Assembly (NCBI GenBank): GCA_025839675.1
Contig: CP104013.1
Coordinates: 5,550,001-5,582,000, forward strand
Direction of reading: 5' to 3'
Origin: Candidatus Lokiarchaeum ossiferum
GTDB lineage: Archaea > Asgardarchaeota > Lokiarchaeia > Sigyniarchaeales > Promethearchaeaceae
DNA length: 32,000 nt
Of this stretch, positions 16,589-24,451 are shown in pieces; the stretch's first letter is position 1; the number at the start of each line of letters is the position of its first letter. A model generated the notes under the pieces. That model was not told the DNA's origin, did not search any database, and was given only the letters and a program-made list of their open reading frames with translations. The position numbers were made by a program, and so were the translations under genes.

Positions 16589-17311
16589 ATGAAGAACCAT
16601 TGTTCTATGAGTAAGTTCATGACACCTGATCACAAGAAAAAGAAAAAAAATGACGACGATGATATCGACGATAATGATCCCTTTGGCCTGGGTGAAGATT
16701 TCTACGAAATGATGAATGATCAGTTGAAGAAAGCCTTTTCACAATTTCCAGGTATGAATTTTGGGAACATGAACTTTAGTTCTGATTCAATGAAGAAAAT
16801 GTATGCAGATATTTTACGAAAAATGAATATCGATCCAAAAAAAATGCAAAATATGTCTCCCGAAGATATTCAGAAAATGATGGCCAATAGTAAAATGGGA
16901 TTTCAAGGACCTTTCGTTTTTGGTATGAATGTGGGAGTTGGTCCTGATGGAAAACCCATTGCAACTCCTTTTGGGAATGTTAGGTCTGAAACCCGTGGAG
17001 AGCCGGATCTAAGGGCAGAAAGAGATCCATTGATTGATATTTACGAAGAGGATGGTGAACTTGTTGTTGTAGGGGAAGTTCCTGGGGTTGATAAGAAAGA
17101 CATTGAACTTCGGGCTTCGGCTCACGAATTGGAAATCATTGCAGAATCTCCCGATACTGGTTCACATTCCCGGAAATATCATAAAATTGTTGCTCTTCCT
17201 GCAGAAATCAATCCCGATATTGCCAAAGCGCGATATAATAATGGAATTTTGGAAGTCCGTTTGGAAAAATTAGAAAAAGTAGCCTCCAAGAAGAAAATCC
17301 ATATCGATTAA
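16589..17311 (+). CDS. Small heat-shock protein (Hsp20/alpha-crystallin family) with long Met-rich N-terminal extension
   Basis: Alpha-crystallin domain: DIYEEDGELVVVGEVPGVDKKDIELRA..YHKIVALPAEINPDIAKARYNNGILEVRLEK. The track start 16583 is TTG. The first ATG is at 16589, and ATGs at 16607 or 16619 are also possible. Confidence 0.85.
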   Translation: MKNHCSMSKFMTPDHKKKKKNDDDDIDDNDPFGLGEDFYEMMNDQLKKAFSQFPGMNFGNMNFSSDSMKKMYADILRKMNIDPKKMQNMSPEDIQKMMANSKMGFQGPFVFGMNVGVGPDGKPIATPFGNVRSETRGEPDLRAERDPLIDIYEEDGELVVVGEVPGVDKKDIELRASAHELEIIAESPDTGSHSRKYHKIVALPAEINPDIAKARYNNGILEVRLEKLEKVASKKKIHID

Positions 17312-18249
17312 ACAAAGAAATAGATTATATACTGGAACATAACATGCCATAAGTAGATTTCGAGTGAGTATTTACCAATTGTGATAATTGGCCAGAAAAT
17401 TTTTCCTTTTTTATTCCATTTTCGTTTTAGAACAACTTTTGAGTCTTGTTGTTCGAGGATTTCGATATCAAAAAATTTAATAGATTCAAATTTTGGGATT
17501 AAAAACAAGATTAATGCAAAATTTAATATATAAAAATCTAAGGTTGTGATATAATTAGTTTGAGTAATTTGAAGGTAATCTGTGATCCGATAAAAACTCA
17601 AAGTAAATGCCCCCCATCCCACAACCTTTTTCAGAATTTCATCCTTTTGAGGTTCGAGTTCATTAAGAGAATATCCAAAAATGAAAAAAGTGAAATAGTG
17701 AAGCTTATACTTTAAAAAAATCAAATTAAGTGTTTCATTGCTCCAATCATAGCTAAAATCAAAGAAAAGGATCCAAATCAATGAAATAAATAGTGATATA
17801 ATGAAAATTACAGAATTTTTCAAATGAATTTTTTTTAATCCCCAAATGCATAGAATATATAGAAACATAGCGTAGACATACCATAGATGATAACTTGGGA
17901 GAAAAATAATTCTAAAAAGCGAAGAAATTGAGAAAGTTGTCCATCCATAGATCAAATCAAAGGTATAATAACAGAGACACGCGATTAACCAAGGTTTGAG
18001 CATGCGTTTGAAGTATTTTTTAAATACTTGAGATAATGTTGAGTTTTCAATGAAATGATGATTGACCAGATAACCGGATAAGCCTAAAAAGACAGGAACT
18101 ACAAAGCTATGAAGAATGTAGGAGTTTAAATTAATACGCCAATCTCCATTTACGGCATGAATACCTATCACACCTAAAATGAGTAACCCCTTCAGTAAAT
18201 CGATTCCATAATTAATTTGATTCTGAGGTGTGGTTACTTTGAAACCCAT
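17308..18249 (-). CDS. Acyltransferase family 3-type integral membrane protein (putative O-acyltransferase)
   Basis: About 10 hydrophobic segments. N-terminal GIDLLKGLLILGVIGIHA resembles the acyltransferase_3 signature region with its conserved His. Confidence 0.6.
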   Translation of the reverse strand: MGFKVTTPQNQINYGIDLLKGLLILGVIGIHAVNGDWRINLNSYILHSFVVPVFLGLSGYLVNHHFIENSTLSQVFKKYFKRMLKPWLIACLCYYTFDLIYGWTTFSISSLFRIIFLPSYHLWYVYAMFLYILCIWGLKKIHLKNSVIFIISLFISLIWILFFDFSYDWSNETLNLIFLKYKLHYFTFFIFGYSLNELEPQKDEILKKVVGWGAFTLSFYRITDYLQITQTNYITTLDFYILNFALILFLIPKFESIKFFDIEILEQQDSKVVLKRKWNKKGKIFWPIITIGKYSLEIYLWHVMFQYIIYFFV

Positions 18250-18429
18250 GGAATTAATAATCTTTAACTTATATCTTAATTTACCGATGTGTTATTGTGG
18301 TTTCAAAGATGTAATTGTTATTTCAAAATCAAAAACGTCGAGGATAAACAAAGTGAAAAGTTAACCTTCTTGAAAAAAATCACAAACTGCAAAAATTATT
18401 GTGAACTTAATTAATTTTGAAATCAAATT

Positions 18430-18528
18430 CTAAATTTGGGATGAATTATTTAAAACTATTCCCACATATGTTAATCCCGCAACAAAAATCACTACGCCCA
18501 CCAGTAAAACTATTTTCCAGTATTTCAT
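18430..18528 (-). CDS. Possible 32-aa single-pass membrane micropeptide (MKYWKIVLLVGVVIFVAGLTYVGIVLNNSSQI)
   Basis: Hand-translated from the minus strand: ATG at 18528, TAG at 18430-18432. It is below the ORF-track size cutoff. A hydrophobic core is flanked by K and polar residues. There is no other support. Confidence 0.25.
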   Translation of the reverse strand: MKYWKIVLLVGVVIFVAGLTYVGIVLNNSSQI

Positions 18529-18642
18529 TTATCCCATTCCCTTAAGTTCTTATTAAAAAATATAACACGTTTGAAAGAAGATAAAAAGCCTTAAAAAGAT
18601 ACTTGAACCAATGGTCCATAAAGATACTATTTTTTCAATATG

Positions 18643-19104
18643 TTATTCACATATTTCTAAAAATGGAAGGACTTTATCTTGATTTTTTGCTTTCGACAAA
18701 ATTTCATTATTTAAAATACGTTTTAATCGATAATACTCTGCAAGAGCTTCTTCATAGCTTTGATTTGGATATCGTCGGGCTAACGCGATATCTCGGCGTG
18801 TGCACCCGCCTTGTCGCATGCAGCAATAACTCAAAGATCCAAAGCAAGTTTCGCTATAATCCCATTGATGTTTTTGCGAAAAATCTTCTTTGATTTTAAT
18901 AAATTCTTGAGGGTCCATTCCAATTTCTTTTAACTTAGTATCACGCAGACATTTGTAGCCAAAAGTTAGAGAATGGCCTGGTTTGCAACAAAAAGTTAAA
19001 GATCGAACATCTCCGCCTAAACAAGCGGGTACTGGAGCCATTTCCCAGTTCGGAAGATCTCTTAAAAACTTCTTTGAAATCTTTGCGATTGTATCATTAC
19101 TCAC
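18643..19104 (-). CDS. Cysteine-rich hypothetical protein (probable metal or Fe-S binding)
   Basis: 153 aa with 9 Cys, including two CC pairs (C-x11-CC and C-x7-CC-x5-C). GTG start preceded by GAGGA 5 nt upstream. Family not recognised. Confidence 0.6.
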   Translation of the reverse strand: MSNDTIAKISKKFLRDLPNWEMAPVPACLGGDVRSLTFCCKPGHSLTFGYKCLRDTKLKEIGMDPQEFIKIKEDFSQKHQWDYSETCFGSLSYCCMRQGGCTRRDIALARRYPNQSYEEALAEYYRLKRILNNEILSKAKNQDKVLPFLEICE

Positions 19105-19150
19105 AAAATTCCTCAGTGTTAATCCCTAAAAAAATATTTTGGATATAAAT

Positions 19151-19166
19151 TTCGGGAATTCGGGAA
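19151..19166. repeat. Perfect tandem octamer TTCGGGAA TTCGGGAA just downstream of a TATA-like ATATAAAT in the divergent promoter region before pyrE
   Basis: Read directly at 19151-19158 and 19159-19166. ATATAAAT lies at 19143-19150. Confidence 0.6.
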
Positions 19167-19218
19167 AAAGAAACTAGGAAAATTGAAAAATTTCCCAAGC
19201 TTATTCGAAGTGATTTTA

Positions 19219-19896
19219 ATGGAAGATTACAAAAAAGAATTTATTGAATTTATGGTTCAATCAAAAGTGTTGATTTTTGGGGATTTTATGACCAAAAGTG
19301 GACGCAAAACACCCTATTTTGTTAATACAGGCAAGTATCGAACAGGTTCTCAGATGAAGAAACTAGGAAAGTTTTATGCTGAAGCCATTCGTAATAATTT
19401 TGAAGAAAATGTTGATGTTTTATTCGGTCCAGCCTATAAAGGGATTCCTTTAGTAGTGACGACTTCTATTGCTTTATCTGAACATTTTAATCAAGATGTA
19501 TCCATCTGTTTTAATCGAAAAGAAGCAAAGGATCATGGAGAAGGCGGAAATTTCATCGGGAAAAAATTGGAAGATGGGGACAAAGTAATCATTGTTGAGG
19601 ATGTAACTACTGCGGGGACTTCTATTCGTCAATCCGTCCCAATGTTAAATAAAGCCGCTTTTGTTCAGTTAAAGGGACTTGTAGTATCTGTTGATCGTAT
19701 GGAAAAAGGAAAAACTAAGAAAGGGGCATTAGTTGAACTTGCAGATCAATTCAACATGAAAACTTGTGCCATAGTAACTTTAGATGAAATTATTGAACAT
19801 TTACATAACAATCCAATCGAAGGTAAAGTAATTATTGATGATAATATGAAGCAAAGAATTGATGAATATCGTGCAATTTATGGCTGTCAAAACTAA
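19219..19896 (+). CDS. pyrE: Orotate phosphoribosyltransferase
   Basis: FGDFMTKSGRKTPYFVNTG, GPAYKGIPL, and PRPP-binding loop VIIVEDVTTAGTS. The track start 19183 is TTG, so I prefer ATG 19219 (MEDYKKEFIEF). Confidence 0.9.
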   Translation: MEDYKKEFIEFMVQSKVLIFGDFMTKSGRKTPYFVNTGKYRTGSQMKKLGKFYAEAIRNNFEENVDVLFGPAYKGIPLVVTTSIALSEHFNQDVSICFNRKEAKDHGEGGNFIGKKLEDGDKVIIVEDVTTAGTSIRQSVPMLNKAAFVQLKGLVVSVDRMEKGKTKKGALVELADQFNMKTCAIVTLDEIIEHLHNNPIEGKVIIDDNMKQRIDEYRAIYGCQN

Positions 19897-19905
19897 TAAC
19901 CTACC

Positions 19906-19913
19906 TATAAAAT
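19906..19913 (+). promoter_or_regulatory. TATA-like box (TATAAAAT) about 25-35 nt upstream of the first signal peptidase start codons
   Basis: Sequence and spacing only. This would imply a leaderless or very short-leader mRNA. Confidence 0.3.
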
Positions 19914-19943
19914 TTAAAATAATCAAACCATATAATGATTAAA

Positions 19944-20699
19944 ATGGCAACAAAGCCCGTCAAGAAAAAAAAAACTCCGTTAACTAAGAAGCAACAAATT
20001 ATCCGCGAAGTTATTTTTTTTGCGGTAGTTATTGCACTAACCTTTTCTTTCATGCCAATCATGAAAGCTTCTTTAAAAAGTGATTATCCCTTGGTAGTCG
20101 TTACTTCTGGATCGATGGAAACCACCATTTATCGAGGTGATTTATTAGTCATTGGAGGAAAAGATCCCGCCGATATATTAGTAGGTGATCATATAGATCA
20201 CGGTGGAGATATAATTCTTTATAATGCAACGGGATTGAATTGGGAAAGCAGAGGGTCTGATGAACCCATTGTTCATCGCTGTGTGGGAAAAGAATTAGGG
20301 GATGATGGAGTGCTTTATTTTACCGCTCAAGGTGATAATCTTGACACAAATACGCGTCCAGATACGGATGATGATGGAAATACCATTCGTATCCCTGAAG
20401 ATCATATTTTAGGGGTCGTTAAAAGTATCATTCCCAAAATAGGATATCCAAAATTATGGATGGCTGAAAATAATATATTCTCCACAATTCTCGTAATCGG
20501 ACTTGCAATCCTCTTAGTTGTAAGCATTGTAGATGATTACTTGCATCCTGAAAAAGAAGAGAAAAATGAAGCCAAAAACCGTGAGTCTGCAGAATCTGAA
20601 ATCGATGATTCTGAAAAAATTTCTCGTATAAATGATGGTCAAGTCAAAGAAGAAGAATCTAAAGATTCTGGTGATTCTGAGATAGACTTGGGCATCTAA
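19944..20699 (+). CDS. Archaeal/eukaryotic-type signal peptidase I (S26B, Sec11-like), paralog 1
   Basis: N-terminal TM, catalytic Ser box VVVTSGSMETTIYRGDLLVI, His box PIVHRCV, GDN box FTAQGDNLD, second TM (FSTILVIGLAILLVVSIV), acidic tail. The in-frame ATG at 19935 (MIKM..) is an alternative start. Confidence 0.85.
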   Translation: MATKPVKKKKTPLTKKQQIIREVIFFAVVIALTFSFMPIMKASLKSDYPLVVVTSGSMETTIYRGDLLVIGGKDPADILVGDHIDHGGDIILYNATGLNWESRGSDEPIVHRCVGKELGDDGVLYFTAQGDNLDTNTRPDTDDDGNTIRIPEDHILGVVKSIIPKIGYPKLWMAENNIFSTILVIGLAILLVVSIVDDYLHPEKEEKNEAKNRESAESEIDDSEKISRINDGQVKEEESKDSGDSEIDLGI

Positions 20700-20706
20700 T
20701 TTTTTT
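20700..20706 (+). terminator. T7 run directly after the paralog 1 stop
   Basis: TAA at 20697-20699 followed by TTTTTTT. Confidence 0.35.
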
Positions 20707-20719
20707 CCATTAATCCAAA

Positions 20720-20730
20720 TTTTTAAAAAA
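20720..20730 (+). promoter_or_regulatory. TATA-like TTTTTAAAAAA about 25 nt upstream of the paralog 2 ATG (20752)
   Basis: Sequence and spacing only. Confidence 0.3.
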
Positions 20731-20751
20731 TTCATTTCAAAATTGATAAAA

Positions 20752-21399
20752 ATGACAAAAAAACCCGAATCTGCAAAATCTCCTGCAAGTCGAAAAAAAG
20801 AAATCATACGCGATGTAATTTTTTTTGCTGTGATTATTGGATTCACCTTCGCATTCATGCCAATAATGAAAGCTTCTTTGAATACTGATTATCCCTTAGT
20901 TGTGGTTACTTCTGGATCTATGGAGCCTTTAATTTCAAGGGGGGATTTATTAGTGATTGAAGGGAAAGCTCCTGAAGATATTGAAGTAGGAGATCATACT
21001 ACTTTGGGAGGAGACATAATATTATATGATGCTGAAGGTCTTGGTTGGAGTCGTTCAAATAATGAACCTATTATTCATCGTTGCGTTAATAAAACTGAGA
21101 TCAATGGAACTTACTACTTCACAGCGTTTGGAGACAACAATAGTCAAGAAGATCCTGTGTTAATTCCTGAAGATCACATCCTTGGTGTTGAACGGCATAT
21201 CATTCCAGTTGTGGGATGGCCTAAAATATGGATGGCTGAAAATAGTCTCTTTTCGACCGTTCTTCTTATTGGATTGGCTATTTTACTTGTTGTAAGTGTT
21301 GCAAGTGATTATAAAAAATCTGAAGACGAAAAAACCACAGAAATTGAAGAAGCTAAAGTAGTGCCAACTTCTGATTCTGAAGTTGATTTAGGCGTTTAA
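20752..21399 (+). CDS. Archaeal/eukaryotic-type signal peptidase I (S26B, Sec11-like), paralog 2
   Basis: Same architecture as paralog 1: VVVTSGSMEPLISRGDLLVI, PIIHRCV, FTAFGDNN, C-terminal TM, acidic tail. The track start 20743 is TTG, so I prefer ATG 20752. Confidence 0.85.
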   Translation: MTKKPESAKSPASRKKEIIRDVIFFAVIIGFTFAFMPIMKASLNTDYPLVVVTSGSMEPLISRGDLLVIEGKAPEDIEVGDHTTLGGDIILYDAEGLGWSRSNNEPIIHRCVNKTEINGTYYFTAFGDNNSQEDPVLIPEDHILGVERHIIPVVGWPKIWMAENSLFSTVLLIGLAILLVVSVASDYKKSEDEKTTEIEEAKVVPTSDSEVDLGV

Positions 21400-21408
21400 T
21401 TTTTTTTT
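21400..21408 (+). terminator. T9 run directly after the paralog 2 stop
   Basis: TAA at 21397-21399 followed by TTTTTTTTT. Confidence 0.45.
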
Positions 21409-21443
21409 AAGACTGTTAAATAATATATAGGAACTAATCTGTC

Positions 21444-22358
21444 GTGGGCAAAGGAAATACTGAAAAAAAAACTAAGAGAAAATATATTCCAGGGCTTGCC
21501 CAATTGAAATTTGAATTGGAATATGATTGGACTGCTTCTGAAGCAAAAAAACTTTTTACTAAGACAAAATCTTCTCTTGCTCTTGATTCTATCAAATTTG
21601 AGGATTCCATTGCTGGTATGAAATCAATGCCTCCTTCTTCCGTTGATTTAATCATTGCAGATCCTCCATTCGGTATCGATTTCACTGGCAAAGGTTCTCA
21701 ATATAATCGAAAACGTGCTTTAGTGGAAGATGGCTATGTTGAAATTTCAAAAGACTATACGACTTTTACTAAGAACTGGATTGGATGCCTTTCCCATATC
21801 ATGAAGGAGAAGGCTTCTGCCTATATTATTTCTGGATGGACAAATCTGAACGCGGTTCTTTCTGCTATTGAATCTTCTGAATTGAAACTAATTAATCATA
21901 TTATTTGGAAATATCAATTTGGAGTTTTTACCAAACGTAAATTTGTGTCTTCTCATTATCACATCCTTTTTGTTGTAAAAGAAGATAATTATTTTTTTAA
22001 TAAATATGAATATTATCCAGAGGATGTTTGGGAAATTCCCCGAACTTATCATCCGGGCATGAAAAAAAATGGAACGAAACTACCGGAAGCATTAGTTTCT
22101 CGGTGTATTCAGTTTTCTTCGAAACCAGGGGATATCATTTTTGATCCTTTCATGGGAAATGCAACCACGGCTGTGTGTGCAAAAGGATTATATCGACACT
22201 ATTTTGGATTTGAGTTAAATCTCAACATGGAAGAAATCCACCAAAGTAATTTGGACAAAATCGCCCTTGGGGCTTTTTATCATCCTCTAAAGGAGTTTTT
22301 ACCTACCCAAGAAAAATTGCTGGAAAAATATCCCCACTTAAAAAAGCATATAGAATGA
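21444..22358 (+). CDS. Beta-class N6-adenine/N4-cytosine DNA methyltransferase (N6_N4_Mtase type), no adjacent endonuclease
   Basis: Motif IV DLIIADPPFG (DPPF at 21660-21671) precedes motif I IIFDPFMGNATTAVCA, which is the beta-class order. It ends with RHYFGFELN. GTG start. Confidence 0.8.
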   Translation: MGKGNTEKKTKRKYIPGLAQLKFELEYDWTASEAKKLFTKTKSSLALDSIKFEDSIAGMKSMPPSSVDLIIADPPFGIDFTGKGSQYNRKRALVEDGYVEISKDYTTFTKNWIGCLSHIMKEKASAYIISGWTNLNAVLSAIESSELKLINHIIWKYQFGVFTKRKFVSSHYHILFVVKEDNYFFNKYEYYPEDVWEIPRTYHPGMKKNGTKLPEALVSRCIQFSSKPGDIIFDPFMGNATTAVCAKGLYRHYFGFELNLNMEEIHQSNLDKIALGAFYHPLKEFLPTQEKLLEKYPHLKKHIE

Positions 22359-22380
22359 GAATTTATGCATTAAAGAAATT

Positions 22381-23586
22381 TCAAAAATCATTTGTTCTTT
22401 TCATGCTTTTTTTTTTGGAATAAATTGAGATTCCCACGATTATTACCAAACTTCCGGCGATTAAGGAGTATATGAGTATTTCTAAACTAGAATTACTTGA
22501 GAATTGAGGGGCTTCTTTATTCGATTTTGAATAATAATTTTGATACACGAATTGCAAAAGGGTTTTTCCCGTCAGATCTAAGCTTTCTGGAGAAATATTT
22601 TCTATGTTATCCTGGTGTGTATGATGATATGGCCATCCATTATCAAGATCCCAAAATTTAATAATTAAATCCACTGTTGGTATTCCTTTTTTAGCGAACG
22701 GAACATGATCATCAATAATAGAATATCTTGAACCATCTAAATTAAATTCACTTGTATATCCCAAAGAATTTCCTACTTGAAATACATTTTCCAGAAGATC
22801 TGTTGATGAATGGCTTTCTTTAATGAATTTAAGGTTTGTTCCTCCAACCATATCTAACAATATGAATGCTTGAATTGAATTGATGCTCTGATCTGGTTTA
22901 AAATAACTTGAAGGGTTGGTTTCCATATCTTCTGCTAGCCACTCACTCCCTTCACACCAGTTCCAGCCTTCAATTCCTGATAATCCATTACTTGATCCTT
23001 GATCTTCAGCATCGATAAACAGGAACCAAAAATCTGTATTCCATTTCATTTGGGCGGTTGCTAATACACGTGCCATTTCCATCATCACCGCTACCCCACT
23101 TGCTCCATCGTTAGCTCCTTGGATGGGCAAATTTTGAAGGGATTCATTATTATCTTTTTCTGCTACCGCCCGACTATCATAATGGGCCGCAAATATTACA
23201 ATATTGGATGAATTACTCTCCAATTTTGCAATTAAGTGTTGGCAATTAACCCCACTGATTGAAAAGTTAATAATATGGGTAGAGTTGAGAATAGACATTT
23301 CTTCCTTTATTGCCTTCAAACAATTGCGACTTTCATTTGATCCAGGTATACGATATCCAAAATTCAATTGTTGCTTGATATAATCATATGATTTTGATTT
23401 ATTGAACTCATCACTGAACGATGTATCAACTTGTGCACCAATTGGAATAGATGTTTGATTTTGAGTATTCAACTTACTATTTATTGGGTAAAAGTTCTTG
23501 TTTACAACAAAATTGGACAGAATAAGCAAAATAAGAAAATAAACAAGTTTCACTTTAGTTGATATGCCCAGCGAATAAAACCTCAA
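22381..23586 (-). CDS. M28 family metallopeptidase (aminopeptidase / glutaminyl-cyclase-like) with N-terminal signal anchor and C-terminal TM
   Basis: FAAHYDSR, GANDGASGVAVMMEMARVL, FLFIDAEDQG and DDHVPF fit the M28 zinc-ligand layout. N-terminal VKLVYFLILLILSNFVV and C-terminal ILIYSLIAGSLVIIVGISIY are hydrophobic helices. The start is non-ATG (TTG 23586 or GTG 23553). Confidence 0.8.
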   Translation of the reverse strand: MRFYSLGISTKVKLVYFLILLILSNFVVNKNFYPINSKLNTQNQTSIPIGAQVDTSFSDEFNKSKSYDYIKQQLNFGYRIPGSNESRNCLKAIKEEMSILNSTHIINFSISGVNCQHLIAKLESNSSNIVIFAAHYDSRAVAEKDNNESLQNLPIQGANDGASGVAVMMEMARVLATAQMKWNTDFWFLFIDAEDQGSSNGLSGIEGWNWCEGSEWLAEDMETNPSSYFKPDQSINSIQAFILLDMVGGTNLKFIKESHSSTDLLENVFQVGNSLGYTSEFNLDGSRYSIIDDHVPFAKKGIPTVDLIIKFWDLDNGWPYHHTHQDNIENISPESLDLTGKTLLQFVYQNYYSKSNKEAPQFSSNSSLEILIYSLIAGSLVIIVGISIYSKKKSMKRTNDF

Positions 23587-23706
23587 AAAATTAATGGAAG
23601 AAGCTAAACATAAATCTTATGGGCTTATCTTGAATAATTTATTAGAATTCAGAACAAAATAGAAATAAAAAAGAAAACATAGAGTAAGGGTAAAAATAAT
23701 AAAGAT

Positions 23707-23722
23707 GCCGACTTTCGTCGGC
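23707..23722. other. Perfect GC-rich hairpin/palindrome GCCGAC-TTTC-GTCGGC, followed by CGCGGAGG
   Basis: Read directly. It is the only all-GC-stem element in a ~0.9 kb region that is about 20-25% G+C by hand count of several lines. It overlaps the CGGCCG and CCGCGG palindromes. Confidence 0.6.
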
Positions 23723-24438
23723 CGCGGAGGATTATTATTTATTATGGCTAAATTAAAAACCCAAACTCTAATGTAACATAGACATTTTTACTATATAAAA
23801 TTATCTGTCATTTCCATTTAGTTGAAAGGGTATGGTGCAATAATCTCTGCTTATTGATTATCTTATCCGATAAAAATTGAAGGATATTTCAATTAGATTG
23901 TAAATTTTACTAAAATTTTAGATTGAATGCTGAAAATTCGAAATTTAATCTTACAATTCCTTCAAGCAACTAATTTAGTTAGGGGTTAATAATTCCAATA
24001 TGAACTATAGGGCGGTATTTTTTCATGGAAAAATAAATATAGAGAAAAATTTTCTTCGTTACTTATTGTCTTCCAAGTAAAATGAATTGGTTGGAAACGG
24101 GGCTTATCGCTCTCATCTTCAAAATTATCTGTCTTAATTAAGATATGGATTGGTAAATTCTATGAAAAATGTGAATCTCACTAAAATTTTCACATGAACA
24201 TTCGTTTCTCCATTTCTAACTTTTTCTCTTTTATCCGAGAAATTTGATGAAATCTATCCTATCCATATCACCCTTCCTTAATTTATAGCTATTTTTTTTG
24301 TCTACTTCAAAGAACTTTTGTTTTTATCGTATTTATTCGGACATCCAAAAAGTTGTTTTCTTTCTATCAAAAATGTTCACTTTTTTTTCTGTAAATTCAA
24401 AACATAAGTTTTTTTTAAGAAAATAAGTGATAGCTAAA

Positions 24439-24451
24439 ATGGAAATTCCAT
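24439..24451. promoter_or_regulatory. Palindrome ATGGAA-A-TTCCAT overlapping a TATA-like CCATAAATTT about 35 nt upstream of the Sir2 start
   Basis: Read directly. Position relative to ATG 24485 suggests an operator/promoter element. No other support. Confidence 0.3.

Noticed and set aside
16420-16620. 66-aa minus-strand ORF in the ATPase/hsp20 intergenic region
   Set aside because: It is an AT-rich Phe/Leu-rich translation that overlaps the hsp20 start, with no supporting signal.
18603-18893. 96-aa plus-strand ORF
   Set aside because: It overlaps the Cys-rich minus-strand gene, which has the more protein-like sequence and an SD-like motif.
20514-20858. 114-aa minus-strand ORF spanning the gap between the two signal peptidase genes
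   Set aside because: It is antisense to both well-supported peptidase genes and crosses their terminator and promoter. Its translation is Phe/Ile-rich.
21434-21691. 85-aa minus-strand ORF at the 5' end of the methyltransferase gene
   Set aside because: It is antisense to a gene with clear MTase motifs.
21444-23586. Possible restriction-modification system around the DNA methyltransferase
   Set aside because: The neighbours are signal peptidases and an M28 peptidase with clear motifs. I found no endonuclease-like ORF, so I treat it as an orphan MTase.
24087-24102. A replication origin call based on ORB-like TTGGTTGGAAACGGGG, with a related ATTGGTGGAAATG at 16433-16445 (reverse complement)
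   Set aside because: There are only single half-site-like matches recalled from memory of the ORB consensus. There is no full dyad, no repeated array and no canonical orc1/cdc6 adjacent. It is kept only as one alternative in the findings, not as a feature.
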